This document shows positions 43,052-53,017 of a stretch of DNA of 64,000 bases, piece by piece. Both the position numbers and the translations under genes were made by a program. The notes beneath the pieces were generated by a model, which worked only from the letters and a program-made list of their open reading frames with translations, ran no database searches and had not been told where the DNA came from. The stretch lies in the IMG/VR virus record IMGVR_UViG_3300025362_000006; one strand, given 5' to 3'. Position 1 is the stretch's first letter; every line of letters starts with the position of its first letter. Source of the stretch: an uncultured virus (IMG/VR IMGVR_UViG_3300025362_000006) (lineage: Duplodnaviria > Heunggongvirae > Uroviricota > Caudoviricetes).

Positions 43052-45211
43052 ATGGGCAGTCTACTAAGCCAGTTATTAGGATCTCCAGATCTGTCAAATA
43101 TTGACAATAAAATAGATGATATTATTCAGAATTTAAACAACCCGAATTCAAAGTCTACAACCGAAACCGAGTCTAAAAATTTAGATGATGTTACTGGAGA
43201 TTTTTTAAATCTGTTTCAAAAAGAAAAAGATAAAGAAGGTGAAAACGGGGGTGAAGGAACTAACGGTCAATTTGATCAATTATTTCAGAATATGAATGTC
43301 CCGGCGGAAAGGTTACAAAGATATAACTTATATGATGAATTATATCAATCTGTACCAATGATGAAACGGATATTGACTGTTTATATTTCTAATATTGTTC
43401 CAAAGAATCCAGTTAATGATGACGTGTTTATTTATACAGAAATTGAAAATAAACAGACTAGTGATTCTGTTAACTTGACTCAACAAAAAGAACAGTATAA
43501 AGAGATTGTTAAAAAATTTAATTTGTCGAATAGGCTAAAGAAATATATTTTGCCATATAGATTAAAGTATGGTGATTATTTTGTTGAAGTTATAAATGTT
43601 GATGAAATGCTGTCAACTTCAAAATTAAAACAAGTACTAACAAATACTTCAACATCTGTCATTTCAGAATGTAAACGAATTAACAATAAATTAGATACAA
43701 CAGCAAATGCAGTACTAACTGAAGATGCATTTGATCAAGTACTATCATCAACGTCAAAGATGTTATTTGATTATAGTGATTATGATAGTGATCTAACTAA
43801 TATGATGGATGTTGATGAGTTAAAAGAAGTATTTAGTGAATCTGGATCTAACGTTGGAGTAATTTGTGATGCAGAAGCCGATGATGAAAACGGTAAAGAA
43901 ACTGTTAAAGATATTGAAAATGATAATGTCCGCGAGCAAGAAAAAGCAGACAAGATTAACTTCGATAACGTATTATTAAGATATCATTTACCCCATAATA
44001 TTATTATTCTAGAAACTAAATACGGTACTACTCTTGGATATCTTGAAGTTAATAAAGATAAAAACGACACTGGAGCATCTTCGATATCTAGTATGGTTCA
44101 AAAGGTAGTATCGAAAGGTAAGAACAATCAGCAACAAAATGTTGATAAACTTATACAGCATGTTCTCCATAATATTTTTCATAAATCTATAACAAAATCA
44201 AAAAAGTCGATAGATTCAGTTATTTCCTCACTATCTCCTGATGTATTTAATTTTATCAAAAGGCTAATCATTGAAAATGATTTGACTAATGATAAAAATA
44301 TTTCAAATGTGAATAAAATCAAAGTTAGATTTATTCCACCAAAGGGTATGGTTCATTTTAGTAATCCTGATGGTTCAGATTATTTGCCTTTTGCATCTTC
44401 TGTTCTTGACCCTTTGTTGTTACCTGGTAAGTTGTATATGTTGACTCAATTGTCTAACATAATTACCAAACTATCTCGTGCTTCGGTCATTCGTAAATGG
44501 ACACTTGATATGGGAAGCTCGAAAATGTCCGCTCAGAATTTACAAAAATTAAAGAAAGAAATATATAACACTCGAGTAACACTCAATGATCTTGGTTCAT
44601 TTAAAAGTATTTCAAAGATTCTTTCTGATTTTAGAGATATGTTTACAATAAGTCAGAATGGTCGCACACCTGTCGATATGAGTATTGAACAGACAGGTGA
44701 TCCGAATATCAAAACGGAAGATTTGAGAGATTTGAGAAATGAGCTTGTGTCGATGTCGGGAATTCCTGCTACTTTTCTGGGAATGAATGATGTGATTGAG
44801 TTGCGTGAGCAACTTGTTCATATCAATCAGAACTTCGCCACTGAGATTTCTAACCATCAAGATAATGATATTCGAGCGTTGAATGATTTGATGAAGAAGA
44901 TTTGTAATAATCTTGGTTACGATGACAAGACTAACCCGACTAATTTTTATCGGATAACATTGATTCCACCAATTACTTTGATTTTGCAACTTATAGAAAC
45001 CACTTTGCAATCCATAGGCAATATATCTAGTATATTCAATCAACTTGAGATTCCTGTTGATCCTTATCATCTCTTGGAAAATTATCTTCCACAGATCGAT
45101 TGGGACACATTCAAGAAGAAAGCTGAAACTTATAAGATGAAAAATGATTTAAAAGAAGCTCAAACTGCTGGTGGAGGTAATGATGGAGGTGGAGGAGGTA
45201 GTCAATGGTAA
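43052..45211 (+). CDS. portal protein, T4 gp20-like
   Basis: KYGDYF, SRASVIRKWTLDMG, GIPATFLG motifs; upstream of protease and capsid genes. Confidence 0.8.
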   Translation: MGSLLSQLLGSPDLSNIDNKIDDIIQNLNNPNSKSTTETESKNLDDVTGDFLNLFQKEKDKEGENGGEGTNGQFDQLFQNMNVPAERLQRYNLYDELYQSVPMMKRILTVYISNIVPKNPVNDDVFIYTEIENKQTSDSVNLTQQKEQYKEIVKKFNLSNRLKKYILPYRLKYGDYFVEVINVDEMLSTSKLKQVLTNTSTSVISECKRINNKLDTTANAVLTEDAFDQVLSSTSKMLFDYSDYDSDLTNMMDVDELKEVFSESGSNVGVICDAEADDENGKETVKDIENDNVREQEKADKINFDNVLLRYHLPHNIIILETKYGTTLGYLEVNKDKNDTGASSISSMVQKVVSKGKNNQQQNVDKLIQHVLHNIFHKSITKSKKSIDSVISSLSPDVFNFIKRLIIENDLTNDKNISNVNKIKVRFIPPKGMVHFSNPDGSDYLPFASSVLDPLLLPGKLYMLTQLSNIITKLSRASVIRKWTLDMGSSKMSAQNLQKLKKEIYNTRVTLNDLGSFKSISKILSDFRDMFTISQNGRTPVDMSIEQTGDPNIKTEDLRDLRNELVSMSGIPATFLGMNDVIELREQLVHINQNFATEISNHQDNDIRALNDLMKKICNNLGYDDKTNPTNFYRITLIPPITLILQLIETTLQSIGNISSIFNQLEIPVDPYHLLENYLPQIDWDTFKKKAETYKMKNDLKEAQTAGGGNDGGGGGSQW

Positions 45212-45711
45212 ATTTATCAATGCATGATTTGTATCTCGGTGTTGATGATAGTGTTGAAGCAGGTTTGGTTTGTGCTATTGCTGAGGCTACTGATCCTGAT
45301 CCTGATCCTGATGATGATAACGGTGTTGGCATAGGTACTGCTGATGCTGAAGACATTCCTGACGAAGCGGAAGGAGTGGCTCCAGAATCTGATGCGGACG
45401 ATGGTGCAGATACTGGCAAAGGTACTCAAGCTAATGCAGCAGCGACTGATCGTGTTGAGGAGGAAAGAAAACTTTCTGAAAATCCCGAGCTTGAATCTTT
45501 GAAGAAGTTTTTGTTGATTCAAAAATTGCAAGATTTGAATACTAATTTGATGAAACATAATATTTTGAATGATAGTCTATCGACTTTCTTAGAATTTTGT
45601 GGAACACTGAGTTATGATACTATCGTGTCAATTAGTGCAGGGTTTACTGATTATATTATACAGAATTTAGGTACACTTAATAAGGAAACTTCTGCTATTG
45701 ATGTTAAGTAG
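45205..45711 (+). CDS. acidic prohead core/scaffold-like protein
   Basis: Very acidic low-complexity N-half; position between portal and protease. Confidence 0.5.
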   Translation: MVNLSMHDLYLGVDDSVEAGLVCAIAEATDPDPDPDDDNGVGIGTADAEDIPDEAEGVAPESDADDGADTGKGTQANAAATDRVEEERKLSENPELESLKKFLLIQKLQDLNTNLMKHNILNDSLSTFLEFCGTLSYDTIVSISAGFTDYIIQNLGTLNKETSAIDVK

Positions 45712-45806
45712 ATAGTTTAAATTATATTTTTTCTTTATTATACTTGTTTTTTGATTTCTTTATGGTTTTTGATTTAAAGACATTATTATTATTTTTTGAT
45801 TTTTAT

Positions 45807-45881
45807 ATGGGAGGAGAGATTAATTACCTCGTTGGGTTGCTATCACAACCTTCCTCCCATTCTTTAACCTTGATAGAGGAG
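45807..45881 (+). promoter_or_regulatory. structured leader with RBS-pairing pseudoknot (copy 1)
   Basis: Stem ATGGGAGGA/TCCTCCCAT; hairpin loop CTATCA complementary to TGATAG at 45871-45876 abutting SD. Confidence 0.7.
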
Positions 45882-45889
45882 ATTTTATT

Positions 45890-47075
45890 ATGACCGATTT
45901 TGATTGTGTTGATATTATTAATGTTCCAACAACTAAATCTTGTTCTTGTATTGATTGTGTACAAATTAATCCACAACAATTATGTAATTTCACTAAAAAC
46001 CCAAATAGCAAAGATGGTAAAGAATCTTTTTGTAAATTTTGTATAAGTCGAAGACGTACAGAAAAAAGGGTCCTTCAAAAATTTTTTGCTATAATGAAAA
46101 CTACGCATATAGATCAATTTAAAACAACAGTAGCTTGTGTTTATATTTCACAAACTCACACATGTAATTTGAAAAGTAAACGATTGTTGAATAATTTTAA
46201 ATTGACAGAACAAGAATTAATTGAAATATTAAAAGATGAACAGGTATTTCAATATAAAATATGTATAAGTTGTCAACAACTAAAACCTTTTGACGAATAT
46301 TATAAAATGAGTAAAAACTCTCTACAATCAATTTGTATTCTATGTCAACAAGATTTATATAAAAAATAGTGAAAGCATTAAAACTAATTCTAAGGTATAT
46401 AGAAATGGCCCAGGTAAATATGATACGTATGCTAAACAATTGTTTGCAGACGATTGTAGACGATCGAAACATGATCCATCAGTTTTAGAATTAAAATGCA
46501 CATATTGTGGTCGTTATTATTCGCCATCCATTAATCAAATTTCGAATAGAATACGATCGACTGCTGATAATGCTAAATATGTAGACATTAGATTATATTG
46601 TTCAACTAATTGTAAACAATCGTGTCCAATGTTTAGTAGAACAGTAGACCAACTAATAAATGTAGATGCAAAAATAAATTCTGAAACCAGTATTCCATTG
46701 AATCGAGAGATTCAAGCTCAGTTACGTCAAATGGTTCTTGCTCGGGATAACTACACTTGTCAAAAGTGTGGTAAACATCAGGATAACTTAGATGTGGGGC
46801 TTCATGCACATCGTATCGAAGGTATTCGTCATAACCCCATCGAATCTGCAGATATTGATATGGTTATCACAGTCTGTGTTAATTGTCATAAAGAGATCCA
46901 CAGACAACCTGGGTGTACTAGACAAGATATGATGTGTAATTTAGAAGATTATGATGAAGATACAATGAACAAAATCAAAAAAAATAAAGAAATCAAAAAA
47001 CAAGATATTGATAAAGTTGAAGATATTGAAATAAATATATCTAATGAAATGTTAGAAGATATTTTATTTTATTAG
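45890..47075 (+). pseudogene. free-standing HNH homing endonuclease, frameshifted (ORFs 45890..46369 and 46440..47075)
   Basis: CxxC zinc modules, RDNYTCQKCG...CVNCHKEIH; frames join at A6 run 46361-46366; HHI motif reads HRI. Confidence 0.8.
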
Positions 47076-47094
47076 ATTAACATAGGAGACACCA

Positions 47095-47339
47095 ATGGCT
47101 AGTAAAGCGAAAAAGTTTGGCTTTATATTTGAGCAAACGGTGGTCGTCCCGAATAGTAAGCTTGAGATTCTTGAAGAATCTTTGACTGACGATAAGCGAC
47201 CAAGGGTACATTTCAGATCTCTTTTACAAGAATCTGGAGTAAAGAATCAAAATAATAGAATTTATGGTCAGCCGGTTTGTGAAAGTATAGTTGCACAACT
47301 TGCTCCTAAAGCAAAAGCAAGAAATTTGTTAATGGAAGT
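47095..47339 (+). CDS. prohead protease (T4 gp21-like), exon 1 (join 47095..47339,47701..48232; 258 aa)
   Basis: LQESGVKNQNNRIY motif; splicing restores MEV|DHP catalytic His motif. Confidence 0.9.
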
Positions 47340-47700
47340 AAAATGATCTGCTTCCCATATTCAGTGATGAGTATGAAAAAAATCTCGTGAACTGTCTGGG
47401 ATATCCTTAGAGCTAATATAACTACAACGTGACTTGAAAAGGTGAGCGTGAGAACAAATATTTGTTCGTGTTTGAAAATATATTAGATTGGACAATCAGC
47501 AGCGAAGCTCCTGTAAAATGGAGAACGTTCAACGACTATCCCGAAAGGGAGTACACTTCAAGTGAAGTGGAAGTGCGAGACAACTTATTTTTTTATTTTC
47601 AGTAAGTTGAAGATATAGTCTAATCTTATAAGAAATTATGAGCAAGAAGAATTTAACTTCTTCTTAGATAGAATTAACGATTCTGTCTGAATGGATGATG
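47340..47700 (+). ncRNA. group I intron (IA-like, no ORF) in prohead protease
   Basis: P1 GGAAGU/GCUUCC, 7-bp P10 AUGAUCU/AGAUCAU, P/Q/R/S core, terminal G 47700. Confidence 0.93.
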
Positions 47701-48232
47701 AGATCATCCTCTATTTGGAATCAGTGATCCAAATCAATTAAAACGTCGAGCAGGAATCGTAGAGATTCGCAATTGTGGGGCGTACATCAAGGACATCTCC
47801 TATAAAGGTAATCAAGTGATTGGAGAAATTCAAACTCTGTCTGGTTTTCAAGGACCTAGTTTAGCTAACCTTATTCTCCGAGACAAAGTCAATATAGGTT
47901 TTTCATTACGAGCTTTAGGATCTGTTGAACCACTCACTGATGGGACATTAGATGTCAAGATGCCACTTCGTGCGATTACATATGATATCGTGAGTTCGCC
48001 GTCGCATGATAATGCTCGCATCACGGAGTTCCTACCAGAGTCATTCATATGTGAATCCGCAGATGAATCTGGAATTTTAGCAGAAGCAGCAGATTTATCA
48101 TTACTTGAGCAGCAAGATAATATTGTTATTGATAATGTAAATGGAAATCATTATATTCAGGCTTTTACAGATGATTTGATTCATGAGACTTTCTTAAATA
48201 TTATTAATAAAGGTCTACGATTTAAACTTTAA
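47701..48232 (+). CDS. prohead protease, exon 2
   Basis: DHP...IGFSLRALGS...TYDIVSSPSH motifs of S77/gp21-type proteases. Confidence 0.9.
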
Positions 48233-48298
48233 TTAATACTCCTCTAAGTCTAACACTTAGAGATTCAATATAACTATTTCTAGAGGAAGAGGTTTACA

Positions 48299-49171
48299 AT
48301 GGAATTAATATTTGAAAATTACGAAAACTTCATTACGGAAAATAAAGACGAGCTCAATTCTCCAAGAGATGCATATCGGCTTTTGCACGATGATGCGATG
48401 TTCAGGAGCTATAAAGACAGTTTGCTCGAAGGTATTGATGAAGCTGTGCGTCCGAGTATTATGGGTGTTTTGGATCGCCAAAGAGAAATGCTGCTTTCTG
48501 AGGCAGCGAACGTGGGGAGTAGCTCATTCGCAGCTGGGTGGACTGTGATGTCGTTTCCGATTTTGGTCGACATATATGCAGAGCCATTAATATCAGAAAT
48601 TTGTACTTCCTACCCAATTTCTAAGTCAGTAATCTCCATCCCCCGTATGAGGGTAAAAGCCACAACTACGTCTTATGATGGGACTACAGAAACATCACGT
48701 TACATTCCTACTGCAACTGAACTCGTCAGAGCAAATGAAGAAGTAGTAACAGTAACTCCTGGAACAAATTATAACATCTATACTGGATTGGGTTTCACTA
48801 TTGCAACTCATAAAATGAATAGACGTTATAATATTATGTATTCTACTGCTATCACTGAGACTAAAACTGGTGGTGGTACTGAAGATCATACTGTTGTTCT
48901 TAATTATCGTCCTGATAACCGTAATCAGATTGCCCAGACCTTTACATTCACTAGTTCTGATAGTGAGACTGTCACTGGTAATGTAATGGCTCATGTAAAT
49001 AATGATGCTGGTACAGTATCTGTTCAAATTACATTTGATATTGGTGATTCTACTTCTACTTTTGAAGCAGATACAGCTACATTTAAACTGCGTTTTCGTC
49101 CTGTTGGATCTAATCACGGACGAACTAAAGTTAGTGTGACTACTGAAATGATAGATTGTACCGTGGACCCT
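48299..49171 (+). CDS. major capsid protein, exon 1 (join 48299..49171,49571..49615,49996..50052,51353..51813,53018..53147; 521 aa)
   Basis: Follows protease; acidic prodomain ending LLSE|AAN; spliced product has a gp23-like EDIQDFNSIFKIDV...QIALNKD helix. Confidence 0.88.
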
Positions 49172-49570
49172 AAGACTTGTTGGGGCTTATGTTAGTAATG
49201 ACATTCGAAGAACTTCTTTAACTGTCTGGAAACTCCTTAGAGCCAAATAACTACAACGTAACTTGAAAAGGTAAGCGTGAGTCACTTTTGTGTGACGGAT
49301 TGTATAGTTAAAAAATATTTGGATTGGACAATCAGCAGCGAAGTCTCTAATTAAAAATTCGCAATTTTTATATGAGAAACGTCCAACGACCATCCCGCGA
49401 GGGAGTACACTTCAAGTGAAGTGGAAATAGGAAGGTTCCTATATTTTCAATGTTACACATAGGAACGTGATATGGTCTGTTCTTCATAGAGATATGGAGC
49501 AAAAATATTTTTATTTATTCAACTAAAATTATTTTTGTTTATGATTTAACGCATCGTAAATAATATCAAG
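49172..49570 (+). ncRNA. group I intron 1 of MCP (no ORF)
   Basis: P1 CCCU/GGGG, core AACUGUCUGGAA, AAUCAGCAG, CAACGACCA / GAUAUGGUC (covarying P7), terminal G. Confidence 0.9.
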
Positions 49571-49615
49571 AACGAAGATTTCCTTCTCGAGCTAGAGACT
49601 GAAGATATTCAGGAT
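49571..49615 (+). CDS. MCP exon 2 (45 nt, NEDFLLELETEDIQD)
   Basis: Between terminal G of intron 1 and P1 (GGAU/GUCC) of intron 2; in frame. Confidence 0.82.
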
Positions 49616-49995
49616 ACCCAGTTGGTTCTCTATTAAAAATCAACTAAGTCCCTTGTATCAGTAATGATATTCGAAAAACTCTCTTAATTGCTGGAACGTC
49701 CTTAGAGCTAATATAACTACAACGTAACTTGAAAAGGTAAGCGTAAAGTTCATTTATGAACTATGTTTGAAAATATATTAGATTGGAAAATCAGCAGCGA
49801 AGCTCCTGTAAAATGGAGAACGTTCAACGACTATCCAGGAATGGAGTAGGATTCAAGCGAATCCGAAATAGAAAGTACCCAATTATCATCTATTGGGTAA
49901 TGATATAGTCTAGACTATATAGAAATATATAGTAGTTTATATGACGATTTTACATATAAACAGGAATAGGTTCGCGACTTATTTCGAATATTTCG
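49616..49995 (+). ncRNA. group I intron 2 of MCP (no ORF)
   Basis: Extended P1, AAUUGCUGGAA, AAUCAGCAG, CAACGACUA, GAUAUAGUC, P9 with GAAA loop. Confidence 0.9.
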
Positions 49996-50052
49996 TTCAA
50001 CAGCATTTTTAAAATCGACGTACTAAGAACGATTACAGAAGCAATTAAGCGT
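49996..50052 (+). CDS. MCP exon 3 (57 nt, FNSIFKIDVLRTITEAIKR)
   Basis: In frame between introns 2 and 3. Confidence 0.82.
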
Positions 50053-50310
50053 TAACCTTAGCGCCGTATGGCAGTAATGTCATATGAAAATTTCGTGAAT
50101 TGTCTGGGATACCCTTAGAGCTAATATAACTACAACGTGACTTGAAAAGGTGAGCGTGAATGTTTGAAAATATATTAGATTGGGCAATCAGCAGCGAAGT
50201 CTCTAAGTAAAATTTGTTATTTTATATGAGGAACGTTCAACGACTATCCCGCAAGGGAGTAGAATTCAAGTGAATTCGAAGTACGAAACAACCCATTGTA
50301 GTGATTACTT

Positions 50311-50410
50311 ATATGGGGAAACAGATTGGGATTTATGTACTCTAATTAAGTACCCCAATTGACTTAGGTGCCGATACACTTGAGTCTCCCCGCCCATATC
50401 TTATCGGAGG
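50311..50410 (+). promoter_or_regulatory. structured leader with RBS-pairing pseudoknot (copy 2)
   Basis: Stem ATATGGG/CCCATAT; hairpin loop CCGATA complementary to TATCGG 50402-50407 overlapping SD GGAGG. Confidence 0.72.
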
Positions 50411-50417
50411 TCAACTA

Positions 50418-51215
50418 ATGAAAGTATGAACATGTGCAGGATGTAAGAAAAGCGAACCTGAAGTAGAATTTTATGCAGCGGGAAGACATTGTAAAAAATG
50501 CAGGTCTGTTAATAATGTGAGAAAATATTACACCGAACAGATTGGTCAATTTGAATTAATTGGTATTCAAGAATTACACAAATTTCAACGATCTTTTTTG
50601 TATAATTCTATCCACAAAAGAAAACGGTCTTTAGAATTCTGTTCCCAAGTAATGGGATATCCAATTGACAAATTAGAATCTGCATTAAATTCAATTGGGT
50701 ATTATGAGGATAATCATGGTTGGTGTTCCAAGTGTGCTATACTAAAACCGTTAAGTGAATTTAGTATATCTACTACTCTAAAGTGTGGACATCACTATTG
50801 GTGTAAAGAATGTGATAACGCCGGTACAAAACAATATAAATTAGATAACCATGAAAAACATCTGGAATATTGCAAAACTCATTATCATAAAAACAAAGAA
50901 CAATGTGCAGCATATGGTAAACAATATAGAAAAGATAACCCCGACAAAATAGCACAATACGGTTTAAAACAACGCACTAATTATAAACAAGCAACGGCTT
51001 GTTGGGCAGATTTGGATAAACTCAAACAAATTTATTTGGAACGGGACAGATTAACTGAAGAAACGGGCATACGACACAATGTTGATCACGTAATTCCCTT
51101 AAATGGGAAGAATGTGTGTGGTCTACACGTAGAGACCAATCTCCAAATCTTAACTGAAACAGAAAACAAATCAAAAAGTAACAAATTTGAACCAATTATC
51201 GAATCGTTCAAATAG
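50418..51215 (+). pseudogene. intron-encoded HNH endonuclease with TGA at codon 4 (open part 50517..51215)
   Basis: SD GGAGG + ATG 50418 in frame; CxxC modules; HNVDHVIPL...GLHVETNLQIL...N HNH motif. Confidence 0.8.
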
Positions 51216-51352
51216 TCAAAACAAAAAATCATATCATATATTATCATGGGTTGATAATATAGTCTGGTCTGTGTAGAAATATACAGCCGTTGTTCAAGTC
51301 CAATCTTTACTTGAACACGGAATAAGAGTAACGATCTTATTTGAACATAACG

Positions 51353-51813
51353 CAAATCGCCTTGAATAAAGATTACGATTTGGTATATTTTTTAGCGGCG
51401 AGCGAGACCTCCATGGCAGATTATGGAGCCCGTTTCACGGTTGATCTTGACAACTTCAAGGGGGATAGTAATTATAAGCCGTCTACCCCGATCGATGTAT
51501 TCAAGGCAATTATTCCTCACATCTCCACATTAATGGGAGTGATCCGCAAAAATTATCAAATGTATCCGTCATACCTAGTCGCTGGGATTAAAACCGCATC
51601 TATGCTTCGATCACTCCAGGAAATGATGGTTAGTCTTCCTGGTGATCGTGGTGGAATGGGTTTCGGTGGAACAACTGCTCAGTTCTTGAAATTGAAAATT
51701 CTTGAATCTGTATCAGCTGACGAAAATAAGATTTATCTTACAACGAAAGCTCCTGCAAATGCTCTTGAGAAAGCGTCAATCATTGATCTCATCTATCAAC
51801 CTCTCTACATCGT
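51353..51813 (+). CDS. MCP exon 4
   Basis: QIALNKDYDL...LIYQPLYIV; YQPLY resembles the gp23 YxPY motif. Confidence 0.88.
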
Positions 51814-52061
51814 TAACTAATAGCGACCTTATGCAGTAATGTATATTGAATAACCTTGTGAATTCATGGGAAGCCTAACTCTGAAAAGATATGGTAATCA
51901 TGAGCCAAGCTTTAATGAGACCACTAATTTCATTATTGAAGGTGCAACGACTATCGAAACCACATCTAGTAAATTAGATGGAAGGGAGTAGAGTACACAA
52001 CGAGTGTTGTGGAAGCGCAAGGTATCCGAAAAGAAAAAACCAGAAACAATTTTTTAAAAGT

Positions 52062-52142
52062 TTCTGGGGGGACAACGGTTGATCGCCGGATAATTACCTA
52101 TTTAATTATCTTACCCTCAGAATCTATCATATCTAATAGGAG
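52062..52142 (+). promoter_or_regulatory. structured leader with RBS-pairing pseudoknot (copy 3)
   Basis: Stem TTCTGGGGG/CCCTCAGAA; hairpin loop CCTATT complementary to AATAGG 52135-52140 overlapping SD AGGAG. Confidence 0.72.
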
Positions 52143-52150
52143 AAAATATA

Positions 52151-52901
52151 ATGTTAAACAAAAAACCAGTAAAAACAACAAAAATCTGTTCGCGAAAAAC
52201 ATGTAGATGCCCATATAAAGGTATGCCCCAGCCAATTGAAAACTTCACCAAACAATCATCATCAAAAGATGGTTATTATCCAGCTTGTAAAGCTTGCGTT
52301 GCAGCATACGAAGAATCAAAAGGAATACATAAATACCGTAAAGATTTCACAAAAAAATGGAAACAAGAATTAGCTAAATTCGATATCTCTGCAGACAATA
52401 TTTCTTATTGTGAACAAGTAAGAAGAGATCCTGACAATTCTGAATTACTTCAAGTGCAATGTTCATTGTGTAAAAATTGGATGAATCCAAAAAATGGTCA
52501 AGTCCATAATCGAACAAGTGCATTAGATGGTAAAAAAGCTGGAGAATCAAAGTTCTATTGTAGTGAAGAATGTAAAAAACAGTGTCAGACTTATCGAAGA
52601 CAAACACATCGTAAATCTGAAGCTAAAAATTATAGTCCTATGAATAGAGATGCTACGGTTCAATATCTATCATCTGCGTAATATGGCATTAGAAAGAGAT
52701 AATTATACTTGTCAAAAATGTGGGTCAACAGAAAATTTGATCTGTCATCATATCGAGTCAATAAATGAAAATCCAATAGAAAGTGCAGATCTTGATAATG
52801 TTGTAATGTTATGTACAATATGTCATGAAGAAATTCATTCACGTGTCGGTTGTCGTCGACAAGATTTGACATGCGAAAATATAAAAATTAACATAGGTTA
52901 G
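52151..52901 (+). pseudogene. intron-encoded HNH endonuclease, frameshifted by TATC duplication
   Basis: ORFs 52151..52681 and 52650..52901; removing one TATC (52664-52671) gives VQYHLRNMALERDNYTCQKCG...CHHIE...CTICHEEIH. Confidence 0.85.
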
Positions 52902-53017
52902 TGGCCTAGTACCAACTTCGGATAATGATATAGTCTTGTCTGTATAGAAATATGCAGCAGTAGTGTATAATCAATTACCCTACGAATAGAGTCTAACGAA
53001 TTCTATTGAAAATTACG

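Larger units (their letters stand above)
50053..51352 (+). mobile_element. group I intron 3 of MCP with HNH ORF in P8 loop
   Basis: P1 GCGU/GCGC; core motifs; P8 CAACCCA...UGGGUUG flanks the ORF; S element AAUAUAGUC; terminal G 51352. Confidence 0.9.
51814..53017 (+). mobile_element. group I intron 4 of MCP with HNH ORF in P8 loop
   Basis: P1 UCGU/GCGA; AAUUCAUGGGAA, AAUCAUGAG, CAACGACUA, GAUAUAGUC; P8 UAUCCGAA...UUCGGAUA; terminal G 53017. Confidence 0.9.

Noticed and set aside
45712..47094. Seventh intron around the free-standing HNH gene
   Set aside because: No P/Q/R/S core motifs, and flanking genes appear complete
49187..49393. Minus-strand 68-aa ORF
   Set aside because: Antisense to the conserved intron core; no coding features
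50311..50399. Hammerhead or tRNA identity for the three-way-junction leaders
   Set aside because: No CUGAnGA/GAAA core and no T-loop or cloverleaf; no tRNA genes recognised in the window
52009..52206. 65-aa plus-strand ORF
   Set aside because: Overlaps intron P7.2/P3/P8 and the structured leader; no RBS
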